Source of the DNA: Yuukianura sp. NJ FZ-2021
Taxonomy: Eukaryota
Length of the DNA stretch: 64,000 bases
Assembly: GCA_046563655.1 (NCBI GenBank)
Contig: CM102284.1
Coordinates: 5,518,001 to 5,582,000 of the forward strand
Reading direction: 5' to 3'
Part shown: positions 38,008-49,800 of the stretch, in pieces
Numbering within the stretch: position 1 is the first letter of the stretch
How the letters are laid out: each line of letters starts with the position of its first letter
Notes under the pieces: model-generated
The model's input: the letters and a program-made list of their open reading frames with translations, nothing else
Told to the model about the DNA's origin: nothing
Database searches by the model: none
Position numbers and translations under genes: made by a program

Positions 38008-38982
38008 ATGGAGAGGCAAATTTTGCTCGGAATTTTTCTGACGTTATGCGGCATGACCTGGGTCACAGCTGAACCGTCCTCGTATACCACAACAGTTAGC
38101 ACCAAGTCAGACAGTAGTTACTGGAAAGTTGGAAATGAAGTGGCAGTGTACCTAATAGGTACTGTTTTACTACTCAAATTTTGATAAGAATTTGAAAATC
38201 CAAAATTTTAAAAACTTTACTCTACATTTAGCAATTCCACTGCTGCTCATTCCGCTGATTCTCATTGGACTGAAAGTGGCGCAACATGGAGGGGAGTACG
38301 GAAATGCTGATTCGCATTACATTGATTCGCATCACAGTGGAGGTCACTACAAACGGGCATTCTCAGCAGTATCAGCGACAGTACTGGAACACCTTACCAA
38401 AAAAGTGATGGAGGCTATCAAGGTAAAGTTAACTAAACAAGTTGACAAGTTATGTTCCAAGGTCAAAGTGAAAGTCTGGAGAAAGTCGCTAGAGTTCATC
38501 GTAGACGTCGTCGAGAAACTGCAACAAATCAGTTTTCGGTTGTAAAATTTTTATGATTTTCGATGAAAGACCAAGTGCAGGACAAATCCTGCCTGACCTC
38601 TAAGAAAGTTTCTGCAAAAAATTTCTTGAATTTTTGAATTTGCAAAAATTACTTGCAGTTGAATTTCACAAGTTTCCTTTATAACCTCATTTTTTAAAAA
38701 TTCCTCAAAGCAAGTTTTCTGGTTGTAACATTTTCTTATTCATTGAAGTTTTACGTGTCGAAACTTCATGAGTTTACGCTAATTCAAGCTGAGAAATGGA
38801 ACACTTTTAGGCAACTTTACGCCTGAAGTACATAACATGCTGAATACTTGAAAAAAAATTGTTTCATGAAATCGAAATGTGTTAAAGTTTGAAAACTACA
38901 AATTCTGAATTTGTTTGGTCTTGATTTGTTAAAAATTTTCATTTTTATTCATTTTCATTTTTGTTTTCTTCTTTAGGAGTGA
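38008..38982 (+). CDS. Small single-pass membrane protein (signal peptide, TM, His/Gly-rich tail)
   Basis: MERQILLGIFLTLCGMTWVTA; TM VAVYLI|AIPLLLIPLILIGL; exons 38008-38158 and 38232-38421; probable 6-nt last coding exon GAG TGA at 38977 after a strong pyrimidine tract. Confidence 0.65.
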
Positions 38983-41900
38983 GCTTTATTCTCAAAATTC
39001 GTGCGATGAGGCTTAACACGAGACACTATTGACAATGAGAAGCCAGTTTCCAATGTGCTTGGTTATCTTCATTCCTTGTTTACATCCGGATGAACCAGTT
39101 TTGACATCAAAACGTAGTTAATTTCTTGTTCGTTTTTTATACTTGTTGTGTTTTTTTTTTAATTTTGTAAGAAGAAATCGAAAGTTAATAAATTATGCCA
39201 AACCAACGATGGGAAACCCCAACAGGAAAATGAACAAAAAAAAATCAACTTTCACTTTCACTGACACAAATTTCGACATTCCCACGTAAGAGAAAAGCCA
39301 TTGTAACCACAATTAATTTATAAGTTTCAGTTAATTCGAAACTAATTTAGAAATTTAATTGTAAAAACTCTCTTTAACTTGAGTCTATGAAAGTCCGACT
39401 TTTTTTTATGTGATTGCACTAAAAATATACACTCGGAAAGCACCGGGGTAGAACATCTTCGAGGAAGACTTTTCTTGTAGCGTTTCTCAAATTTCACTGT
39501 GAATCAATATCATTCAGACTTTGTTCTAAAAATGATTATTTGAAAAGAACGAGATGAATCTGCAGATTTTTTGAAAACTGTCTAGGACCATTAACCCACC
39601 TTCCAGAAGCAGAAAACTAAAAGGAAGAAACCCAATACTCAGGGTTCATTAGGAAGACCTCCAAGAGGCATAAACCCACGCTTTCCTTGGTCTAACAATG
39701 GTAACCTTTTGAACAGAACAAGGACACAGGCCCTTGAGGTCTATTGTTTGTGACCAAGGGGTCCTTAAGGGCTCCTCACCACGTTTTCAACATCTTCAAA
39801 TCTTAAATCAATCATGAGAGGGTCCAACCCGCCAAGTAATTGCTGCTCCTTGTCTCCCTTAAAATTTATGGAGGATGCACTGGATGCTTGCTATCTTGTG
39901 ACAAATGTGTTTTCCAAGTTACCTATGCTGCCCGCATCGCCAATGAAATATGTATGTTTGGTGAGCCATGTCCAAAATTCTGGAAGATCTCAAAGGTAAA
40001 CTGCTGCACTAAAAAGTTAAGCTTGACGGCGACACTTTTTTATGGATACTTTCGTCCATGACATCATCCCTCTCCCTCTAAAAACTAACCTAACGTTGCC
40101 TTAAACCTGAAAGTTAGGAAGATGAAGCAAGGGAAAAGTCAATAAAGAATATATCACCAAAAGCCCAAAGTCCAGCTGGTGACATGATTGGTTCCAGAGC
40201 CTAGCCTAACTTGCTTCCAGGAAGATTCTAACGTTGAGTCAATAGACGTTTCACTGGAGCAGGACACTTCTAATCCTCTTGGGACACCGTCAAAATCCAC
40301 TTTTCCAAACAATGACCTCCTGACCCCCACCGTCCCCAACTCAATTTACCATCAACCTAACCTTAACAAGACTCTATAACTCTAAAACCTAACTTTAGCC
40401 TAACAAAACATAACCTAAACTTTCAGTTTCCAGAGTCCAGGAAGTTCGGACAGTTCAAAAGCTAATCAGGATCCTGAAACTTTCACCCTCCCAGGAGACT
40501 ATGAGGCTGAAGTCATAATGTCAACTTCCGTTGTGCATAATATTTCATTTGATGAAGGAAAACAAAGGATTTTGAATTTCTATAGAACAATGGAGGTTCA
40601 TCATAGCACAGAATCGACAGTTTTCGAACTTTGGCGCGCACAGCTCAAATTATCTACCAAACACAGAAGGTTGGCTTAACTTTTCCAAAAGTTTCCATCA
40701 TCCCTCACAGTAAGTCAACAGTATTTGTGAAGTGGGTACTTAGTCTGATAAGGGACGCTGCCAGCTCTCTTTACTAGCATAACACATAAGGTTAGGTTGA
40801 ATAAAAGACTAGGGTGATTGAAGGATGCTTTAACTTTTACGAAAGCTGCTGCTGGTTAGTTTTTGATTTTAATTTTTGAACTTGAGGGGGATGAAAAGCG
40901 TCCTGAGTAAACAAGACACCAGCAGCAGTGCCCGCTCCAAGTCCAAGGTTTTTTTTATGACCTTTGACATATTGACACGGAATCATCAAAATTAAGCTTG
41001 GAAGATAGCATTTCAGCTTTTGAGACATTTTTAGAACAGAGATGTTTTTTAGAACAGGGTTTTTAGAACAAAATTTTTTAGCTCCTACTTGTCACTTGCA
41101 ACAAATTTAGCACTTTGAGTTTGAGCCGAACGAACTCCCAGAAGCTTGTCAATCTGTTTGTAATTTAGTCTTTAAATTTTGTGTTCAAAGTGTGACAAGT
41201 GAAAGTCATCAAAGAGGAGACCAATATTTCAAGTGTCTCATTTTTTCTTACTCTTCCTTTCATAAAAAACATGAAAAATGACATGTCTGAATAATTTTTT
41301 GAGAAGTTTTGACTCAGCTTACCACTTTTTGCAAATGAGCAAACACTGAGACATCAGTGCTTAGGAAGAACCTGAAGATGATTATCTCACTGGTAAGAAA
41401 TGTTCAAAAAATGGAAATGTGTGAAAAATTTACAGGTGAAAATGCATCACATCAGAAGTCATAAAGTGACATTTCTTAGAAACAAGTGTAGATAAGAATC
41501 AAAACAACGAACAAGCAAAGCAGTTTTCTTAACTGGAAGTACTACAACCGAAGATCTTGTTCTGTTCATTACGAACTTTTTTTGAAAAACGGCTTAAAAA
41601 GTTGTTTGAAAAACAGGAAACCCGAGCGTTTCAATTTTTTCTAATAAAAAAAGAACTTTGAAACTTGACAAACATGGTGTTTAATAAGCTTAATAATTTA
41701 AGGACGCAAAGGCTCAGCGGATTTCCGACTTGTCAGACTATTAGACTACTCAGGCGTTCTAATGAGGCCAAAGGGCCCTACAAGGGGTCCCTTAGAATTA
41801 AGCTAAAGTTTCAAATCCTATTATTAACATTATTATTTCCAGTTTTATTGTGATGAAGATGATGTAATCGGAGAGCCCTTTTCCTTTGGATAATTCGAAA

Positions 41901-44900
41901 GGGGCGGGTTTTAGAATTCCACGGAACTCGAGGCGATTGTTATTACAGTGCATTCAGAGACGCACAAATGGGTTTCTAATGGACAAAGACGACGCTGCGG
42001 TGCTTCAAATTTTCAAAAAACGAAAATTTGACCCTTAAGGGAACGTCTACAGGCAAGGGAGCTTCTAAGGGCTCCGCTGAATCCGTAGTTTAACGGTGGC
42101 GGTGGGAAAAAGGCACACACAGAGTTTTCTGTTTTGTTTTTCTTTTGGTAAAAGGGAGACATACAGATGCGTTAGTGTGAAACTGAGCCCTTGAAGAACC
42201 TTCCGATCGAAAATCCAGAACAAAAGGAGTTTTTGAAAAAAGCTTCTCACTCAAATCCCACAGTGCGTTCAAACAATTCAAAAGAAAAAACAAGCTATAG
42301 TGTTACAGTGTAGCACTGGGTACGCTGGAAGGTTTCTAAATGAGCTATTATTGGGCTTAGGAGAAAAAAAAGTATCAAAGCGTTTCAGTTTTTCATTGTT
42401 GTTGATTGTTGAATCTACTTTGCATTTCAATTGGAACACGGTCTCATCCTCCGTGTTTAAATTTTGCTTTTAAAAATTCAAACACCATTCTCATTCAAAA
42501 TTTTGAATCGGACTCATCCGATTCAAATCGATCCGAAAATTAAAAAAAAACAGACCGAGAAATCCCATTAGAAAGCAAATATTGAGTGAAATTTGCAATG
42601 TTTCACTTTCACTGTATAAATGACTGAATTAAAAAAAAGCATGAGATTTTTGAAAATTTCTCACAATTTTGAAAATTCTGTTTGGATAAGGAAGTGAACA
42701 TAGCATTCTCTTTTTCGAGGATGCGCATACGTCGAACCTTGAAACCAAAAGCTATTGACACTTTGTTAGTGAATTTGAGTTGGTTTGAATTATAGTTTTT
42801 GAGCACGCAATCAATCTTGGTTCACTTTTGGAAAACAAAGTCTATTCATGACATGTTTCAACTCTTTAATTTTCCAAGTCGGCTCAAATGAACACATTTT
42901 TCAAACATACAATCGCATCTCTCAAGCTCTTTTTTTGTTTGGAAATTATAAACAATAACTTTTGTTTAGAAGATGAGAACTTTTTTCAAAAGAGGGGTTT
43001 TTTTTTTACTCACCAAACTCCAACTATACACCATTCAGCTTGAACTTAATCACCACTTTCAAAACCAATTTAAAAACAGAAAGTTTTTGTTCAAAAAATT
43101 ATTCAGAGTTTGCAAAACTCGCCCAAAATGATGAAACTTTTGTAAGCACTCGGAAGCATCAAGGTAGAAACTCAAAAGTTAGCCAATTTGTTACCGCAAA
43201 TTGCATGTATTCAACTGGTGAAAGTTGCAGAAGTGGTGTATACGGCGGAACTTTCTGGATTCCTGGAGAATAGCTCAAATGTAAACACCGTAAATGTAAA
43301 CATCAACCAACGTAAATGTAAACGTAGGCTTCTGAGACTTTTCCCACAAGTGACGCTGACTGATGACACACAATTTGGATCTAAACAAGTTACTATTACT
43401 TCCAGATGTGTTCGAAGGAAATTTGCACTGGAGCAAACTCCGCTCGCGTCTACTTTTTTAGAAAAAGTTTTCCTCAAATTCAAACAAGAGTCATGGGGTA
43501 AGCACAACTTTAACAACGTAAAGCTAAGGTTTTGATAGATTTTCTCTCTTTTTTGACTGTAGTGGGCCTCGTTCCAAGTCCAACTGAAAACTCTCCGCTG
43601 CCAAACACTTTCCAAACTGCCGGTTTGGTGCTGGATGCAAAGGGCCTTTATAGGGAATGAATACATCTTTCAGTACAAGGGATAAAGTTATACACACAAG
43701 AGGAAAAAGTGGTTCCGAGATGCAAGGTTTTGTTCAAGAGGAAATAACGACCTCGGTACAAAAAAGTACAAAGTTAAGAGAGTTAATAGTAGCTTCAAAA
43801 GTTTCAAAAAGTATTTAGAAAATGAAATTTAAAACTAATAACGACGAAGGTTAATAATCCACTTTCTCAAACTCACCTGTCGCATTACTTTTAATTAAGG
43901 ATGTTTTACTTTTACAAAAATTTAAACAAAAAAATCTACTTTGAGGACCGAACATTTGGTAAGCGAAGGCCTTCCTCTATTTCTCGATGACATTTTTTAA
44001 AAAGGAGAAAACATTTTCGTTCCAGTGAAGTAGGAAGAAGTTTCCACCCTAGAAAACCTATTGTCTAAAATTGTTTTTGAAAAATTCCGGAATTTTGTCA
44101 GATTTGGCGAAATTTAAAAAGTGAAAGCGGAAACAGCACTAAATTTAAAAACAACAACTAATTTTGGACAAAATTTTTTCGGCGAATTTGAAAATGGTTG
44201 TTAGTAGGTGAAAGTGGACAAAGCGTCAAAAGCTGAAGAAAGCAGCATTTTTAACAAGATTTTTTTTTTTCAAATTTAACAAGCAGGTGAAAGTGTCACT
44301 TGACTGCGTAACGTAATCCTGCTAGCGATTTTTTGAATGATTTTTGGTGAAAAGGAAAATGGGGCATTGAAAAGCCTAAACAGCTAAACAGAATATTACA
44401 CACACACAATAATGACAGAAATATTGAGGTTTTGCATGCTGACGCAATTGCATGTGGGATGCCCATTTTTCAGTTTTGCTGCAACTTATTCCAAACATGC
44501 TTTGAACACTTCATCCGAAAAGATTTTCGACGAGTTAGGGAGTTCCAGTGCTTTAAATTTTTAAAAGTGACGCTTCGCTTGTACTTGCTTCAGTTTTTTT
44601 TCTAAATTTTCAAAAATTCTCTCATGAAAATAAATCACAATTATGAAAAAAGTCCGTTTTCATATTTTTCCATCTGTCATCACAGGTAGAAAGGAAAATG
44701 TAATTTTGGCACAGTTCTTGTTCCTGTCTAGCCCCACACATTGCGACTGCACATGCTTTCACGTCTTGGTTCAATTCCCAAATGAAGTTGGAGTTGCAGC
44801 GCTGGAATAGTTTCTGAAACGAAAAAATTCTTGTCATGCAATGTTGGTTGTGTATTACTTCAAAACGGAGACGTTAGGAAACATAGCAGGTTTTTTTAAA

Positions 44901-46556
44901 GAAAAATTGAAAAAGCCAAAAATAAAAGAAATGACTCTCCAGAGACTTCGTTTTTCCAAAAAATGAACAACGAGAATGAAGAAGGAGAAGCAATTTCGTG
45001 GAGAAAAAATTAGAGCATGTTCCCATCCGCCTTCTCGAGTTCCTTTGAATTATGATTTCAAAATTTCAATTTTCAAATTCCAAAAAAGTCTACAGTGAAA
45101 GAAAACGTACAACATAAGTTTTGATGCAGCGACGCTCCACGTACGTCTCCATTCCAAAAATTTCAGCAAGTCAGGTTGTGGTGAACCAAATTTCAGAATT
45201 TTGAAAATTCTGCAGCCCAAAATCCTATGAGGGGACTGTTTAAGTGAAACTTTTGCACTCTTCGTCCCCGGATTTCTTGAAGTTATGTTTTCAAAATTGC
45301 AATTTTCTAATTCCACTTTCTCTTCAAATTACAAAAAAAAGGAAGACTTTCAAAAATGGAACCTTTTTGTCCGACACTAAACTAATTTTCAGTTGAGATT
45401 GCCGTAATCATTGAATTGAAAAATTCAAACTGGCTTTTAATTGTAACCTGGCTGAACGCAGTAACTTTTTTCATTCCAAAAAAGTTCATTCACGCACTGT
45501 GCGTTTTTCAAAACAAAAATTGGATCAATTTTTAAATCGATTCCCTTTGTCATGTGAATGTCCTATTGCATGACTCATGCTAAAACTGGCCACTGTGCAC
45601 TCTACCTGACGAATTCATCGATTCATCAAATTCTAGAATTCATGCATTTCAGTCCAAACAAACCTTCCGGAAGCACCGGACCGTTACACCGGCTACACGC
45701 TAGTTTCAAAAATCCAATTCGTAATTTTTCAAAAAAGTTCAAAACTCCGGATGACCTTTGTTCTTGTCCTTGGTTTCAAACAAACACGGGCACCATATCC
45801 TGTCCAGATCCAAAATCTCATCAATGTTTCCCAAGTCCATTGTTTGTGTTAACGTTGGCGACTTGTAGACTACATTGTCTGTCATCGAATGTGAATTATA
45901 TTGCGTGAGTTTCAGTTAGTAGAAAAAAGTCAACTTCGGACAAGTCTTGCAGCTTGGCTGAACTCTGAAGTTTCAAAGTCCAACTACCAACGCCTAGGTT
46001 CATCCGTCGGATGGACCATACAGAGGTAAGTTATGTTATATGAAATTACTTAACAGAACTAACAATGGATGTACGTTGCAATGACAAAGGTAATTACCTA
46101 ACCCCGGGAGCACCAAAAGCATCATCATCATAAACTGCATTACAAATCCAACAATCCACATCAAGAAAGTACTTCAGTCCGTCTCTTCCACTGGGAATGA
46201 TGTGTTGTGGGTGGGTGATCTTCACAAATAAGTCCGAATCTTGGGAATCTTTTCTGCAAATGTCTTAAATTTGCAAAAGCTCTTGAGAAATTTTGTCGTT
46301 AACCTTGAGAATTTGAAGTGAAACTGAAAAAGTCAAGAGCACTGACACTTCATACGTAACTTGTTTGTGGGCAACCGTCCAGTGAACAACTGGGCTCTAC
46401 CGTCTTGTGTCTCATTTATTATAAAATCTCATTGTTAGTGTTGTATGTTTTTTATTAACAAAGTTTCGGAAACTTGACCCACCTTTTTGTAGCGGAGGGT
46501 CAATGGCTCTGGTGGCTCCATTGTTTTCTGCAGACTTCCATTGACTGTGCTAACTA

Positions 46557-46752
46557 TAGTTGGGGCAACCAAAATAGACCCAAGTTTTTCTAGAGGATAC
46601 TCGCACTCACACCTCTGTAAAGCTTGTGGCAGTCTCTTCTTAGATGGGAGGTTCATTTTGGAGGTGAGTGGAGAAGCGGGTGCCAGTTGGAGAAGGGCGT
46701 GAGTGCGAGTATCCTCTAGAAAAACTTGGGTCTATTTTGGTTGCCCCAACTA
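46557..46752. mobile_element. MITE (Tc1/mariner-like), about 55 bp terminal inverted repeats, TA target duplication
   Basis: TA|TAGTTGGGGCAACCAAAATAGACCCAAGTTTTTCTAGAGGATACTCGCACTCAC ... exact reverse complement |TA. Confidence 0.85.
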
Positions 46753-46895
46753 TACTTGCACTTTAGTATAACTTGAGAAGCCGTTCAGAAATGAATGGGC
46801 AGTTGAAATCGGAAGACTTTTGGCAGCAACAATCATTCCATCTTCGCCGAACAAGTCAATTGTTTTTGTGACTATCAGAAAATTTCCATTAGGAC

Positions 46896-49800
46896 ATGAT
46901 TGGAGCACTGATTTTGATTTGCCAGAATCATCCAACTCAAACTGGTCTCAGACGCTGTTTGGACCTGGTTGCAATTTGTGCAACTTGGATTGTTCTGTTG
47001 CACTTTTGGACTGCAACTTCTGCGCAGAGAATCAGCGACAATAGTATTTCAACTATAGGACTTGGCAGTGATGACAATGATGTTCATCATCAATTTGTAC
47101 CGGCGGATCGGTTCAAACCGAATCACGGATTCCCGGGAACTTTCAACACATCATCTATTCTGTAAGTTTGACATGACCTTTGACCACTGCTCAACATAGC
47201 TGTTATTACAAAAGTTAAAATAAGTTAGGGAAATTTTAAAACCGAAATTTACGATTGATAAACCACTCATGAACTTTCTCTTTTTCTAAAAATTGAACAG
47301 TTTGAGAAAAAATATTTTCACTGCGGCTGGGAAATTGTTACTGGAGAATCAGTTTTGTAAAGGATTTAAAAAACCAGTTGACAAGATTTATAATTACTGC
47401 AATTTTTTCTTTGTCGAAAAGTGCCGAAAATGTATGTTGCTTGTTTTGATTTGTAAAATTGATTAGGAACTACATGGTCCTGGCACCTGAAATTGTTCAA
47501 CCGGATTCCATTTTCCGTGTGATTGTTCACACGTTTGTTGAAGTGGGGAGTAAAGGACTTTGGTATGGAAATGGAGTCGGATCGGAGTTTGACCTGAGTG
47601 TGTCCGTCATCAAAGATGGAGTGAACATCAAAAGTAGTCAAAAACAAGCTCGAATTGGTGAAGCGGAAGTGGCTGAATTGCAAATTCCACAAGACTTGAA
47701 GAATGGAACGTTTCGACTCCAAGTTCATGGAAACTATTTGAAGTCCACTGGAGGATCACTTTTCAATCATCAGGCCAATTTGACTTACTCTGAAAAGTTT
47801 CTGTCCATTTTGATTCAAACTAATCGACACATTTTTAATGGAGATGGAACAGGTAAAATAATTGTCAAAAATGATTCTTAATTGAACTTTTTGATTTTAC
47901 TTCCGCATTTGGTATTGCAGAGACTTGTACTAGCTTTTAGAATCCTAATTCTAGCATTCAAATTTCCAAAAAATTTTAGTTCGATTTCGATGCATTTTGC
48001 TGCAGAGAAATTTGCGTCCTTACGGAGACCCTGCGGAAGTATACATTTTGGTAAAGAACAATCCGATGTACTTTTTATACAATTTTTCGTTTTTTCAAAA
48101 ATTTTGGTTTGTAAACCCTAAAAGAGTTGTAAAAATTACAGGATCCCAATGGATTTATCATGAGAAAATGGCCCTCTGTGTCACCAAAATTCGGTAAACT
48201 TGAAAAAATACTCACTGCAGCTAGTCAACTTTCTTTTACTTTTTTTTTCAAAAGTGAAAGATTTTCGCAACGGCTATAGTCTTTTTTCAGTTTGTTTCGG
48301 AATTATGAAACCAGTGCTTTTTAGGTGTGATCGAATTGTCTTATGAACTACCTGAATATTCAGCAACTGGATATTGGAAATTTCAAGTTGAAGTTGGGAC
48401 GCAACGAGAAGAGAAAGCATTTCGAGTGGACCGATACTTCAAACACCTCTACGAAGTAAGAAGTTAACCTAACTTAAGTATACAGTTAAAGAGCTTACGT
48501 ATAAGAACTACCAATTTAGTTAAAAATTATCCATTTTGAAAAATGCTTTTATGAAAGCAGTTGAAAAACTGCCATTGTGTAATTTTCAAATTTTCATCCT
48601 CAAATTTCACACACAGGTTGTCGTCTCTGTTCCTCCATTTATTCTAGCCTCAGAAGAAAGCGTCACTGCTACCATTCTGCCTTTTTATGGATCGGAGAAA
48701 GGTACGCCAACTTTCACCAGATTTTTGAAAAACAAATTCCGACAGAATCTGAATTTTCAAAAAAATTTTAAATTATGTAACAAATCTTCCAAAATTTTGA
48801 TACACAGGAGTCATTGGGAATGGCACAGTTCAACTCTTCGCGAAAAGTCGTCAAATTCCATCGTGGACTTTGTTTGGCACGGAGATGTTTCGAGTGGTAA
48901 TTTTTTAATCAAAGTCTTATACGAAGCCCAATTTAGAATCAATCTTTAAGTAATCAGAAGCCAATCTTGATGGGCGGTCAATTTCAAACTTAAGAATCCA
49001 ATTGGCCATCCCAACTCTGCTGGAAGTCTGTCGAGGTCATGACCTCGTTCGGACACCTAGTCTCCACGGGGTGTCTGAATTGTGATTGATGGGCCATTGT
49101 TGTGTCTTTGGTGGATTGAAATGGTCAGTTGTCTCTTGGTAGGATCGGAGTCACGATGTGACCTGGGACCTCAGACATGTCTTGGGGTCATTCGCTATTG
49201 GTCAATTCAGTGGTTCAGATGTAACACTCCGGATTGAAGCGAATGTTACAGATTTCCTAGTTGGGGAAACAAGATCAGGTAAAATCAAGTTATAAGTCAA
49301 ACATTTGAAAATTAAATTTAGGAAATTTAAAATGCAAAGTTTAAAATTTAGGTTTAAAATCCCCAAGAAACATTTCAGAATTGAAAAAAAAAAATCGAAT
49401 TCTTGCACTTTCAGGTTTCGCTGAAAGCAAAATTGTACACCAGTCGCTGCTGCTCACTTTTGTTAATCCAACACCTCTTGTGTTCAAACCAGGACTTCCA
49501 TTTCAAACGTATGTAAGTTAACTTTATTATTAACCTAATCTAACTAAAATTTAACCAGACTAACCTAATGTAGCTCAATTAGCCTAACTTAACCTAATAT
49601 TACCAACTAAGCCTAACTTATTCCGTTCTTGAACTTCTAGCTACGCGTGTCCTACAATGATCACCAGCATGTAGCCAGTGAAATTTTGGCGACCTCACGA
49701 CTTCGTGTTATTGCCGAAGCGCATTTTGAAACAGGCGGCCGGATTGAAATTCCGGTGCTTGACCTAGGTCAAGTTTCTAAAGAAGACATACTGCGATCAG

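Noticed and set aside
43040-43666. Overlapping 77-151 aa ORFs
   Set aside because: No recognisable motifs or splice structure; likely chance ORFs in non-coding DNA.
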